Part shown: positions 48,632 through 58,765 of the stretch, piece by piece | Layout of the letters: every line of letters begins with the position of its first letter | Position numbering within the stretch: position 1 is the stretch's first letter | NCBI GenBank assembly: GCA_965197675.1 | Contig: OZ240221.1 | Location: 1,923,437-1,987,436 of the forward strand | Length of the DNA: 64,000 bases | Direction of reading: 5' to 3' | Source: Dehalococcoidia bacterium | Lineage (GTDB): Bacteria > Chloroflexota > Dehalococcoidia > Plut-88900 | Translations under genes and position numbers: made by a program | The notes under the pieces: generated by a model | What the model was told of the DNA's origin: nothing | What the model saw: only the letters and a program-made list of their open reading frames with translations | Databases searched by the model: none

Positions 48632-51343
48632 ATGTTGGATCAAAGGCCACTCCTGATGCTGATGGATGGTCATGCTTTAGTCCATCGCGCCTTCCATGCA
48701 CTTCCTCCGCTAACCATAAACAGGACAGGAGAGCCAATAGGCGCCGTTTACGGCTTTGCCAGTGCTCTAATAAAGGTTCTGGAGGAATTGAAACCCACCC
48801 ACTGCGCGATTGCCTTCGATAGGCCGACACCTACCTTCCGACATCTCCAATTCGAGGATTACAAGGCTCAACGTGCTGCTACCCCTGACGAGCTCCGAGT
48901 CCAGTTCAAGAGGATACGCGAGCTGGTGGAGGCCTTTGGGATACCGGCCTTCGAAATGGATGGCTATGAAGCCGACGACGTCCTGGGAACTTTGTCTCGC
49001 CTGGCTACGGAGCAGGGAATCGACACCATCATTCTGACCGGTGACACGGATGAAGTACAGTTGGTATCACCCATGGTCAAGGCGCTGCTACCCCGCGGTA
49101 TGTTCAGCGATACTATCCTGTACGACGAGGCGAGGGTGAAGGAGCGCTATGGTGTGACGCCATCTCAGATAGCCGATTTCAAGGGGCTCAAGGGCGACCC
49201 TTCAGATAATATCCCGGGCGTTCCCAGGATCGGCGAAAAGACGGCATCGAAACTGCTTCAACAGTTCGGCACTGTGGACAACATGTACGCTCATATCGAA
49301 GAGGTGACGCCACCCAAGACCAGGGATATCCTGAAAGAGTATGAAGACCAGGCTCGACAATCCGTGGATTTGGCAAGGATAGTGACCGACGTGCCACTAG
49401 AGCTCAACCTACAGCACTGTGAGAGGTCCGCTTACGATAGAGATAAGGTGGTCGCGCTGTTTCGGGAGCTGGAGTTCTCCAGCCTGTTGGAGCGTCTTTC
49501 CAAGGATACGGACGGGGGAGCGATACCGACGGCCGCCGCAGACGAGGTGGAGTTGGAGTACGTTACGGTTACCTCTGAAGCCGAGTTGGATGAATTGATC
49601 AAGGAGATAAGGAAGGTCGGAACCCTGGCCTTCGACACGGAGACGACCAGCCTCAATGCCATGGAGGCGCAACTGGTTGGGGTTTCCCTTTCGACTACTC
49701 CCGGCAAAGCCTACTATATACCTGTGGGACATCGTGAAGGTGATCAGCTTCCCTTTGATATGGTGATGAACAAGCTCAGCCCCATATTCACCGATGAAGG
49801 AGTTCGGAAGATAGGCCATAATGCCAATTACGATATGATGATACTGGAAAACTGTGATGTTCCAGTCCATGGTCTGGCCAACGACAGCATGTTGGCAGCC
49901 TTCCTTGCGGGTGAGAAAGCGTTGGGTCTCAAACCCTTGTCCTTTGAGAGATTGGGCGTAGAGATGACGCCTATCAGCGCGTTGATAGGCACCGGCTCCA
50001 AGCAGATAACCATGGACAAGGTGGTGATAGGTGATGCGGCTCCATATGCATGTGCCGATGCGGACATGACGCTGAGGCTCTCTCAACTTCTGGAAGGGGA
50101 GGTAAAGGGGCAGGGTCTCTGGAACCTCTTGACGGATATCGAGATGCCCCTTGTGCCCGTCCTGGTGAGAATGCAGAGGAATGGGGTAGCCGTGGACGTG
50201 GAGCTGCTGCGGAAGATGTCCTCTGAACTGAGCGAGAGAATGGGTGAGCTAGAGACCAGAATACATGGTTATGCTGGTCACGGATTCAACATCAACTCCT
50301 CTCAGCAGCTTGGTGACGTGCTGTTCAAGGAGCTTAAGCTGCCCAGCGCCAAACGTACCAAGAGTGGGTATTCCACTGATGCCTCAGTGCTGGAGGGGTT
50401 GGTAGACGTGCATCCCATAGCCCAGAGCGTTCTGGACTACCGACAGATCACCAAGCTGAAGTCGACCTATCTCGACGCCCTGCCGAACATGGTCAACTCC
50501 AAGACTGGTCGAATACACACCTCCTTCAACCAGACAGGCTCTGTGACGGGGAGGGTTTCCAGCAATGATCCCAACCTGCAAAACATTCCTGTACGGAGTG
50601 AGCTGGGAGGTCAAGTGAGAACCGCCTTCATTGCCGAAGGCACTCCAGATTGCCTACTTCTGGCCGCTGACTATTCTCAGGTTGATTTGCGGGTCTTGGC
50701 CCACATCTCCGAAGACGAAAACTTGGTGCAGGCCTTCCAGAAGGGGGAAGACATTCACGCATCTACTGCGTCGCAAGTGTATGGCGTGAGTATAGACAAC
50801 GTAGACGCAGAAATGCGTCGTATTGCGAAGGTAATCAACTTCGGCATCGTGTACGGAATCAGCGGATTCGGACTTTCGGCTCGTACCAGTCTATCTCAAG
50901 AAGAGGCCAACAGGTTTATATCGGGTTACTTCGAGAAGTATCCTAGGGTCAAAGAGTACATGGACAACACTAAACGCCAAGCCAAGGACAAGGGATACGT
51001 GGAGACAGTCCTGGGGCGTCGCCGATATCTGCCAGAGATCAAGGCGTCCAATCATCAGGTGCGCGCGGCGGCTGAAAGAATGGCCATCAATATGCCTGTT
51101 CAGGGGACTTCGGCGGAGGTGATCAAGCTGGCGATGATTCAGATGCAGGAGCGGATGGACAAGGAATCGATGCGCACCAAGATGATCCTCCAAGTTCACG
51201 ATGAGCTAATCTTCGAGGTTCCTAAGGAGGAGCTTGAGGACTTGGCCTCTCTGACCCAAGAGGTAATGCCTCACGCTTTGGAGTTGAATATCCCTCTAAA
51301 AGTAGACATAAAGACGGGTTTCAACTGGGGCGAGATGGAGTAA
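48632..51343 (+). CDS. polA: DNA polymerase I (5' nuclease, 3'-5' exonuclease with DTET motif, polymerase domain)
   Basis: Start set to ATG 48632 (MLDQRPLLMLMDGHALVHRAF). The ORF-track start at 48566 lies inside the repeat region. Confidence 0.9.
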   Translation: MLDQRPLLMLMDGHALVHRAFHALPPLTINRTGEPIGAVYGFASALIKVLEELKPTHCAIAFDRPTPTFRHLQFEDYKAQRAATPDELRVQFKRIRELVEAFGIPAFEMDGYEADDVLGTLSRLATEQGIDTIILTGDTDEVQLVSPMVKALLPRGMFSDTILYDEARVKERYGVTPSQIADFKGLKGDPSDNIPGVPRIGEKTASKLLQQFGTVDNMYAHIEEVTPPKTRDILKEYEDQARQSVDLARIVTDVPLELNLQHCERSAYDRDKVVALFRELEFSSLLERLSKDTDGGAIPTAAADEVELEYVTVTSEAELDELIKEIRKVGTLAFDTETTSLNAMEAQLVGVSLSTTPGKAYYIPVGHREGDQLPFDMVMNKLSPIFTDEGVRKIGHNANYDMMILENCDVPVHGLANDSMLAAFLAGEKALGLKPLSFERLGVEMTPISALIGTGSKQITMDKVVIGDAAPYACADADMTLRLSQLLEGEVKGQGLWNLLTDIEMPLVPVLVRMQRNGVAVDVELLRKMSSELSERMGELETRIHGYAGHGFNINSSQQLGDVLFKELKLPSAKRTKSGYSTDASVLEGLVDVHPIAQSVLDYRQITKLKSTYLDALPNMVNSKTGRIHTSFNQTGSVTGRVSSNDPNLQNIPVRSELGGQVRTAFIAEGTPDCLLLAADYSQVDLRVLAHISEDENLVQAFQKGEDIHASTASQVYGVSIDNVDAEMRRIAKVINFGIVYGISGFGLSARTSLSQEEANRFISGYFEKYPRVKEYMDNTKRQAKDKGYVETVLGRRRYLPEIKASNHQVRAAAERMAINMPVQGTSAEVIKLAMIQMQERMDKESMRTKMILQVHDELIFEVPKEELEDLASLTQEVMPHALELNIPLKVDIKTGFNWGEME

Positions 51344-51346
51344 CCT

Positions 51347-52156
51347 GTGCCTGAACTGCCGGACGTCGAGGTCATCAGGTTGAATATCCAGCCCGACATA
51401 GTCGGGCGAATTTTTACCCACGTCGCCCTGAATTGGCCCGGATCTGTACGAAGTCCCTCCCCGGGTGAGTTTCAAGAGGCATTGCTCGGCTCCAAAGTCG
51501 CTGATCTCAGGCGAAGAGCCAAGTACTTTCTGTTCGAATTGAATACGGGAGAAAGCCTGATTGTTCATCTTGGCATGACCGGCTCTTTGAGATTGACGCC
51601 CGCACGGGAGGACATGCACCGATTCACCCAGACTGTTTTCGAGCTGGACGACGGGAGACATCTCCGGTTCGTAGACCCGAGAAAGCTGGGGAGGATGTGG
51701 TTGGTGGAGGATGTGAACACAGTAATCGGAGGCTTGGGGCCAGAACCATTGGAACCGCCCTTCACCCCTCTGGTTCTTTCGGGGATTCTGAAGAACAGGA
51801 CAGCATCGATCAAGGCTTTGCTGTGCGATCAGGGTTTAATCGCAGGCATTGGCAACATCTACGCCGACGAGATCCTCTTCGATGCCAAGGTTTATCCTCT
51901 GAAGACGGGCAACCAGCTATCTGAAGGTGAGATTGGGGCCTTGCATTCGTCTATCCAGAAGATACTCAGTGAAGCCATCGACAATCTGAAGGACATGCTG
52001 CCTGAAGACGCTACACCCACGGAAGAGGCGGGCATGGAGGTGATCCGCGTTCCCAGAAACAATGGTCAAGCTTGCTCTGTATGCTCCTCCCCTATTCAGA
52101 GGACAGTGGTCAGAGGGAGGGGGACCTATTTCTGCTCCAATTGTCAGCCTCTCTGA
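51347..52156 (+). CDS. mutM: formamidopyrimidine-DNA glycosylase
   Basis: MPELPDVE N-terminus and a C-terminal zinc finger (CSVC...CSNC). Confidence 0.85.
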   Translation: MPELPDVEVIRLNIQPDIVGRIFTHVALNWPGSVRSPSPGEFQEALLGSKVADLRRRAKYFLFELNTGESLIVHLGMTGSLRLTPAREDMHRFTQTVFELDDGRHLRFVDPRKLGRMWLVEDVNTVIGGLGPEPLEPPFTPLVLSGILKNRTASIKALLCDQGLIAGIGNIYADEILFDAKVYPLKTGNQLSEGEIGALHSSIQKILSEAIDNLKDMLPEDATPTEEAGMEVIRVPRNNGQACSVCSSPIQRTVVRGRGTYFCSNCQPL

Positions 52157-52159
52157 TCC

Positions 52160-52680
52160 CTGGATTCTCCACCCAAAAACGTAAGAAGACCTCGTTGGCG
52201 CCTGCCTGCTACAGGCAGGGCTGCTGTAAAGCGGGCTATGATGGTTCTTGCACAAGAGAAGCTATCATCAATGAGGTGAACATGTTATCAAGCAAGGACT
52301 GCTGCCATTCCAGTACCTTGAGTCTGTCTCAGAAAGGCAAACACCTTAGTCCCACCCGTCCGCCGCTGTAGGTTTTTGTATGTGGGGGCACCATCCCCCA
52401 GTCGAGCTGAGGACAGGCCCCCAGGCCCTCTGCTGGGGATTCTTGGGCAAGCCTCTCATGGATTCCCGTGTCAAGCACGGGAATGACGGTATAGAGGGCT
52501 GGGGTACCCTTCGACAGGCTAAGGGTGAGCGGAGACACCTCAACCCTGCCCTGTAGGTTTTTGTATGTGGGGGCACATCCCCCAGTCGAGCTGAGGACAG
52601 GCCCCCAGGCCCTCTGCCAGAGGGAGGTGTGTCTGCTGCTGGCAGGCCTCTGGACTCCCTCGGTGAAGGATTCCTGGACA
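52160..52680. repeat. cluster of modular intergenic repeats (hairpin at 52462..52484; two B-module copies) in the mutM / VOC-gene convergent region
   Basis: Same modules as the other loci. Confidence 0.65.
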
Positions 52681-52709
52681 GGGTAGTTTTGGTGGAAGAT
52701 TTGAGAATA

Positions 52710-53141
52710 CTAGGCCCCGGGGAGCGGGCCTAGGCCCTTCTGAAGAAGCTCGATGAAGGCTCCGTGGGTGTCCCTGGGGTGTACCCAAACGGCCTCGGTA
52801 TTGGGAGAGGGCTCTTCGTCTTCAGGGATACCTGTGATGCGGCCACCTTTGGCACGCACCTCTCTTACCGCCTCCCGCAGATCGTCCACCTCGAAAGTGA
52901 CCAGATAAATACCTTCACCTCTTGACTTCAAGAACTTGGCCACAGCGCTGTCTGGGTCTATCGGCTCTATGAACTCGATGAGAGCCTCGCGCCCGTTGCC
53001 CAAGTAAGTGCTTCGGAACCCGAATCTGGTGAAGTCGTTGGGTGGTTGCATCACCTGTAGGCCGAATAGCCTGGTATAGGTCTCGGTGGCCTCTTCCAGG
53101 CTGTTTACGGCTATGCAGGCAAAGCTCAGCTTATTGATCAT
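52710..53141 (-). CDS. VOC-family protein, methylmalonyl-CoA epimerase/glyoxalase-like
   Basis: Size and a paired beta-alpha-beta-beta-beta module pattern. Confidence 0.5.
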   Translation of the reverse strand: MINKLSFACIAVNSLEEATETYTRLFGLQVMQPPNDFTRFGFRSTYLGNGREALIEFIEPIDPDSAVAKFLKSRGEGIYLVTFEVDDLREAVREVRAKGGRITGIPEDEEPSPNTEAVWVHPRDTHGAFIELLQKGLGPLPGA

Positions 53142-53301
53142 GAGAACACCTCCTAGTCAATTGGTATGCGGTCTATCATCCGACTGTTGATATGGATAGT
53201 GTAGAATAGAGGCAATTTTCAAACGTTGGTTAGTTGTTTCGCCTTCTCTGGTGGTCATGTTGGTATAGCATACATTAGCCAACGAAAGAAAGGGGGAGAA
53301 T

Positions 53302-54534
53302 ATGGGCCAGGCACTAAAGGACGTGAGGGTTGTAGACTTGACTCAGTACGAGGCCGGCACCTCATTTACCCAGGCGCTGGCCTGGTTGGGAGCCGACGTC
53401 ATCAAGGTGGAGGCGCCGGGTCGGGGTGACCCCGGTCGAGTGCTTAGTACGGACAAGCCAGGCCTGGATAGCCCCTACTTCCTCATCCTCAACTCCAACA
53501 AACGGAGCATAACCCTGGACCTAAAGAGGGAGAAGGGAAAAGAGGTCTTCCTGGAGATGGTGAAACGGGCGGACGTGGTAGCGGAGAACCAGGGCCCCGG
53601 CACCCTGGAACGCCTGGGACTGGGCTACGAGGTTCTGGAAAAGACCAACCCTAGAATAATCCTGGGTAGGGTAAAGGGATTTGGGACTTATGGGCCATAC
53701 AGCTCCTACAAATGCTTCGATATGATCGCCCAGGCTGCGGGAGGCTCTTACAGCACTACCGGCTTTGCCGATGGGCCTCCCATGGCCCCTGGCCCAACTT
53801 TTGGAGACATAGGCACTGGGTATCACGCCGCTCTGGGTGTTACGGCGGCTTTGTATCAAAGGGAGCGGACGGGCAAGGGCCAGGTGGTGGAGGTTGCCAT
53901 GCAGGATGCGGTGGTGAACTTCAGCAGAGTGGCGATGATGGGGTACTACCACAACCCGGACGAGGTGCTCAGGGTAAAGAAGGGAAATAGAAACGGGGTT
54001 AACTACTCTACTGAGTGGGACCCACCTCCCAACGGTCTCTACCAGTGCAAGCCTGGAGGTGCGGACGACTATGCCTACGTCTTTGCCCTAGACTCGCCTT
54101 CAGATATGTGGCCCAGGCTTCTCAAGGTCATAGGCAGAGAGGATCTGATAGGTGACGAGCGGTACGAGAATGGAGATGCTAGACGAGAGCACGTGAATGA
54201 AGTAAACGAGATTATCGAAGAGTGGACGATTAAGTGCACAAAACACGACGTGATGAAGATCTTAGGTGAGGCCGGCCTGGTGGTAGGGGCGTGTCTCAAC
54301 GCTAAAGACATCCATTCAGATCCCCATTTGCTGGAAAGGGGAATGATCGTCACGTACAAGCATCCGGATAGAGGCACCTTTACTGCGCCCGGCTCTCCTA
54401 TCAAGCTGTCCGACTCTCCCACTGAGGTTACGGCCCCACCCCTCTTGGGCCAGCACACCCGGGAGGTGCTCAAGGAGGTCCTGGAATACTCGGACGAGCA
54501 GGTCGACACTCTCGAGAGAGAGGATATAGTCTAA
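53302..54534 (+). CDS. CoA-transferase family III (CaiB/BaiF) protein
   Basis: VRVVDLTQYEAGTSFTQALAWLGADVIKVE N-terminus. Confidence 0.75.
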   Translation: MGQALKDVRVVDLTQYEAGTSFTQALAWLGADVIKVEAPGRGDPGRVLSTDKPGLDSPYFLILNSNKRSITLDLKREKGKEVFLEMVKRADVVAENQGPGTLERLGLGYEVLEKTNPRIILGRVKGFGTYGPYSSYKCFDMIAQAAGGSYSTTGFADGPPMAPGPTFGDIGTGYHAALGVTAALYQRERTGKGQVVEVAMQDAVVNFSRVAMMGYYHNPDEVLRVKKGNRNGVNYSTEWDPPPNGLYQCKPGGADDYAYVFALDSPSDMWPRLLKVIGREDLIGDERYENGDARREHVNEVNEIIEEWTIKCTKHDVMKILGEAGLVVGACLNAKDIHSDPHLLERGMIVTYKHPDRGTFTAPGSPIKLSDSPTEVTAPPLLGQHTREVLKEVLEYSDEQVDTLEREDIV

Positions 54535-54580
54535 GTGCAACCGAAGAGTGAGTCGTGGAGGGACGTGAGGCTCTCTGTTT

Positions 54581-55789
54581 ATGGATCTCGTCGACAAGGT
54601 TCTTAGACGAAAGGAGCGGTCTGCCTCTGATTGGCATCGGCATGGTCAGAGACTGATGCAGGAGCGACGCTGGCGGGATGCCATCAAGAGCTTCAGAAAG
54701 GCCCTACGTTCTGAACCCACGTTGCTTCAAGCTTACATAGATAGAGGCACAGCTTATTACAATACAGGCCAGTACGAGATCGCTATCACCGACCTAGACG
54801 AGGCTGTTTCTCTGTCTTCAAACAGCGTCGATGCTTATGATATGCGCGGCACTATCCACACCGCTCTCGGAGGGTACGAGCAGGCCATACAGGACTTCGA
54901 TCAGGCTATTGGGCTGAATCCCCAGGTCGCTCATCTCTACAGCAATCGAGGTCTGGCCCATTTCAAGCTGGATCGACCTGAACAGGCCATGCAAGACTAC
55001 GACTCTGCCATTCAACTGGACCCGCAGCTGACTCAAGCCTATGCTCGTCGTGCGTATGCTCATATAAGCCGGGAAGCGTATGAGCAGGCCATCGAGGACT
55101 GTAACGAGGCCCTTTGCTTAGACCCCGGCTCCGCTCAAGCCTACTATGTGCGAGGTGTTGCCCACAGCAGGCTTCGCGAGCATCAGAAGGCAATCGAAGA
55201 CTTGGACCAAGCTGTTCTGCTGGACCCTGAAAATTCTCGGTCCTACTATCAACGGGGATGTGTGTACGAGGAACGCGGCGAATATCAACAGGCCTCGGAT
55301 GACTACAGTGAGGCCATTCGCCTGGAGCCGGGACTGGCCGAGGCTTATTTCGGAAGGGGTGTGGTCTATGCTGAACAGAGCTGGCACGAGGAAGCCATGG
55401 GGGAGTATGACCAAGCCTCGCGTCTTAACCTGACCGACGCCATCTTATACTACAGAATAGGAAACTCCTATCTGAGCTTGGGGCGCTATGCGCAGGCCAT
55501 CAAAGAGTTCGATGAGGCGATTCGACTCGATCCTCAGCTAGGAGACGCCCGCAACAACAGGGGTGTTGCTCACAATAACCTGGGAGAGAGCAAGGAGGCA
55601 ATTGACGATTTTACTGCCGCAATCCGCCTGGATCCCGAGAACGGGCAACCCTACGCCAATCGAGCCGTCGCATATATTGCTATGCTCATGGATCCGGAGG
55701 CACAAGCGGACGTTGACGAGGCCCTTCGGAGGGGTTTTTCCAAGGATCGGCTTGACAAGGCAATAGAAGCGGCAAAAAAGCAGCGTTAG
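54581..55789 (+). CDS. tetratricopeptide-repeat protein (about 10 TPR units)
   Basis: Tandem 34-aa AY..RG...LG.Y..A..DF..A..L.P units. Confidence 0.7.
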   Translation: MDLVDKVLRRKERSASDWHRHGQRLMQERRWRDAIKSFRKALRSEPTLLQAYIDRGTAYYNTGQYEIAITDLDEAVSLSSNSVDAYDMRGTIHTALGGYEQAIQDFDQAIGLNPQVAHLYSNRGLAHFKLDRPEQAMQDYDSAIQLDPQLTQAYARRAYAHISREAYEQAIEDCNEALCLDPGSAQAYYVRGVAHSRLREHQKAIEDLDQAVLLDPENSRSYYQRGCVYEERGEYQQASDDYSEAIRLEPGLAEAYFGRGVVYAEQSWHEEAMGEYDQASRLNLTDAILYYRIGNSYLSLGRYAQAIKEFDEAIRLDPQLGDARNNRGVAHNNLGESKEAIDDFTAAIRLDPENGQPYANRAVAYIAMLMDPEAQADVDEALRRGFSKDRLDKAIEAAKKQR

Positions 55790-55804
55790 ACACTCAGCAA
55801 AGGC

Positions 55805-56362
55805 ATGATGCTCTCGAAGGTACCTGTTATAAGAAAGATTACTATTCCTTTTGTCATATTAGCGGTTGCGGTCTTAGCCCTATCCGCATGTGGAGCTGAG
55901 TTGTCTGCAGCTCAAGAGCTTCACAACGAGGGAGCTAAACTTCATTTGGATGGACATCTGGAAGAGGCGATAGCTAAATACGATCAGGCCCTTCTTCTCG
56001 ACCCCAGCCTGGTGCTTACCCTCATGGAGAGGGGAGATGCTTACTTCGAGTTGGGGGAATTCGACTCAGCTGTCGAGGACTACAGCGTTGCTATAAGCCT
56101 CGACACCGACAATCGCGAAGCGTACAACAAACGCGGTTTCACCTATTACACGCTGGGCCAATATGATGAAGCCATTGCTGATTTCAACCAGAGTGTGATA
56201 CTGGACCGCCGATTCGCGGCTGGATATGCCAATCGTGCTCTCGCTCATACGCAGGTGGGCATGGATGAACAGGTGAAAGACGACATCGACCTGGCCGTCT
56301 TCTACGGATTCGATAGGGACGTCCTCGAAGCGCAAATAGAAGAGATAAAGGCGCAGCGCTAA
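55805..56362 (+). CDS. TPR-repeat lipoprotein
   Basis: Signal peptide with a Cys (LALSACG), then 4 TPR units. Confidence 0.65.
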   Translation: MMLSKVPVIRKITIPFVILAVAVLALSACGAELSAAQELHNEGAKLHLDGHLEEAIAKYDQALLLDPSLVLTLMERGDAYFELGEFDSAVEDYSVAISLDTDNREAYNKRGFTYYTLGQYDEAIADFNQSVILDRRFAAGYANRALAHTQVGMDEQVKDDIDLAVFYGFDRDVLEAQIEEIKAQR

Positions 56363-56374
56363 GATCTAATTGGG

Positions 56375-56680
56375 CCCCCGGCCCCTGGGAGGGTTTTGTA
56401 TCTGGGGGGCAGTTCCCCCCAACCCCCTGCCAGAGGGATGTTTCCCTCTGGACCCTCTGCAGGGGCATCCTCCTCCCCGCCTAGGTAAGTGGTCTCCAAA
56501 CCCCCAGGCAAGGAGGCTCTGCGTCAGAAAGGCGAAGGCTTTGGTCCCACCCTCCCGCCCAGGTAAGTGGTTCTTGGGAGCACATCTCCCCCGTGCAACA
56601 CGTCTTCCCTGGATTCCCGTGTCAAGCACGGGAATGACGGGTGGAGCGGCTTTCGATAAGCTGAGGGTGGGGGATTGGGG
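56375..56680. repeat. modular intergenic repeat element (hairpin at 56613..56635)
   Basis: Same modules as the other loci. Confidence 0.65.
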
Positions 56681-56756
56681 TTTTCAACCGCGCTTGACAT
56701 GGCCTTGTACAGTCCACTAGACTCTCTATACAGACCAGTCGGTCTAGTGAACTGCT

Positions 56757-57383
56757 ATGACTACCACGTCGGATTCTCGTAACGCTAGGGAGCGCATCTT
56801 GGAGGCGGCTGCCAGCTTGTTGGCTCGCCAAGGTTACCACAACGCAAACGTCGACGAGATCATCCAGCAGTCGAATACCTCCAAGGGCAGCTTCTACTTC
56901 CATTTCCCCAGCAAAGAGGAAATGGTGATGGGTCTCATCCAGCAGCTCAGTGGTAAGCTGGTGCGTAAGGTAGAGCGCTCCATCGAGAAAGAGTCCAGGC
57001 CCGTCTACAGAATTGCCCTTGCTATCGATGCTCTGTTGTTGACCTTCTCGAAGCAGAGGAAGCTGGCCGAGATTCTACTCATCAATATGGCGGGTCAAGG
57101 CAGGGTCATGGACAAGAAGTTTCTCCCCATTCGCGGCCGCTTCGCGAAGTTGATTCAAATGGAGCTAGATAGGGCTATAGAAGCCGGGGCGGTGCCACGA
57201 CTGGATACTCAACTGGTGTCTCACGTGTGGCTAGGCGCACTCCAGGAGGTGATTCTACAGTGGCTGACGTCTGGCAGGTCTGTCCCCATGGCGGAGACGG
57301 CGCCGGCTCTCAGGTCGCTGCTTCTTCGTAGTGTCGGAGTGGATCCTGGGTCTCTGGAGATGGGTAAGACTAGGCAGAAGTAA
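56757..57383 (+). CDS. TetR/AcrR-family transcriptional regulator
   Basis: N-terminal HTH (ARERILEAAASLLARQGYHNANVDEIIQQS). Confidence 0.7.
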   Translation: MTTTSDSRNARERILEAAASLLARQGYHNANVDEIIQQSNTSKGSFYFHFPSKEEMVMGLIQQLSGKLVRKVERSIEKESRPVYRIALAIDALLLTFSKQRKLAEILLINMAGQGRVMDKKFLPIRGRFAKLIQMELDRAIEAGAVPRLDTQLVSHVWLGALQEVILQWLTSGRSVPMAETAPALRSLLLRSVGVDPGSLEMGKTRQK

Positions 57384-58765
57384 TGATGACAGTGGCAACG
57401 CCAACAGCGCAACAGGCACTGCTAGAAGACGGACGAAAGCGGGCAGCCTCCTTGGGGCGTTCCATCCTCGTCAGCTACACGCACCCAATCACCGAAGTGA
57501 ATGACCCCGTATCTCTGTTCTCTGAGCCTCAACATGACTCAACGACCAGGATGCTGTGGGTCAACCCTTCAAAAGGCTCGTGGAAGGTAGGCGCGGGTGC
57601 AGCTTTTGCGGTTGCGTGCCGTGGGGAAGAGCGATTCAAAAGAGCCAAAGCGACTGTAGAAAAGTGGGTATCAGATGCGATTGTGGAAGCGTCTCGCTCA
57701 TCCGAGGTGGGGCCTGTGGTCTTTGGCGGCTTTCGCTTTGACATCGGTTCTCGGCAGGAGGAGGAGTGGAGCGGCTTTGGAGATGGTCTGTTGGTTCTAC
57801 CGAGACGATTATGTTCGAAGGCTGGTGATGGAAGCTGGATCACGGAAAACGTGGTTGTCCACCCCAATGAACATGGAGACGTCTTTTCATCGAACTCATA
57901 CTCAACCACCGATTCTTTCGACAGGTCAGGCTCCGAGGACGTTACTCGTGAAGGATGGTGTGACTCTGTAGCCGATATCCTGAACCGAATAAAGGATGGC
58001 GACTTGAAAAAGGTGGTGCTGGCTCGTCGGCGAAGGATCGAGTTGTCAGACGTCACGTCTTTAGGTAACGTTTTGCGAGATTTGATTGATCGAGAGCCTG
58101 AGTGTACTGTATTCGCCTTTGCCCAGAACGGCTCCTGCTTCCTTGGGGCAACTCCTGAGATGCTAGTCAAAGTTAACGGCGATGGAGTCGAGAGCCATTG
58201 TCTGGCAGGGTCGGCGCCTCGCGGTGCTTCAGAGCGTCAAGACTTGGAACTGGAGGAGTCTTTGCTGAGGGATGCGAAGGAGAGGTGGGAGCACTCCCTA
58301 GTCGTGAATGAGGTGGGGCACGTACTGGAGGGGAAATGCGCCGATCTTTGCTGGGAAAGTACCCCAAGAGCTCTGAAACTGAGCAAGGTTCAACATCTTG
58401 CTACTACCTTCAGAGGGAGAAGGAGTGCCGGCGCCCATATTTTGGACTACGTCGAAAGTCTCCATCCTACTCCGGCGGTGGCAGGCAGCCCAAGAAACGA
58501 GGCGATGGAGGTCATTCGTCAGCTGGAGAGAGTGGATCGAGGATGGTACTCAGGCCCCATAGGGTGGATGGCCGGGGATGGCGGCGGCGAGTTCACTGTG
58601 GCGATTCGATCCGCTCTGATCAGAAGCAACCTAGCCCTTCTTTATTCGGGGGCAGGAATCGTGGAGGGGTCTGACCCAGGAAAAGAGTTTGCTGAAACCG
58701 AGGTGAAGTTCAGCTCTATGATTACTGCCTTACGAGAAGGCGCCAATGAAGTTCGAGAACCGTAA
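57383..58765 (+). CDS. menF: isochorismate synthase (menaquinone-specific)
   Basis: Chorismate-binding C-terminus (GAGIVEGSDPGKEFAETEVK). Sits in the men-operon context. Confidence 0.7.
   Translation: MMTVATPTAQQALLEDGRKRAASLGRSILVSYTHPITEVNDPVSLFSEPQHDSTTRMLWVNPSKGSWKVGAGAAFAVACRGEERFKRAKATVEKWVSDAIVEASRSSEVGPVVFGGFRFDIGSRQEEEWSGFGDGLLVLPRRLCSKAGDGSWITENVVVHPNEHGDVFSSNSYSTTDSFDRSGSEDVTREGWCDSVADILNRIKDGDLKKVVLARRRRIELSDVTSLGNVLRDLIDREPECTVFAFAQNGSCFLGATPEMLVKVNGDGVESHCLAGSAPRGASERQDLELEESLLRDAKERWEHSLVVNEVGHVLEGKCADLCWESTPRALKLSKVQHLATTFRGRRSAGAHILDYVESLHPTPAVAGSPRNEAMEVIRQLERVDRGWYSGPIGWMAGDGGGEFTVAIRSALIRSNLALLYSGAGIVEGSDPGKEFAETEVKFSSMITALREGANEVREP

Noticed and set aside
41352-56635. 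Hairpin repeats considered as a CRISPR array
   Set aside because: The units are irregularly spaced (kilobases apart), embedded in different modular contexts and not separated by uniform spacers. No cas genes are present.
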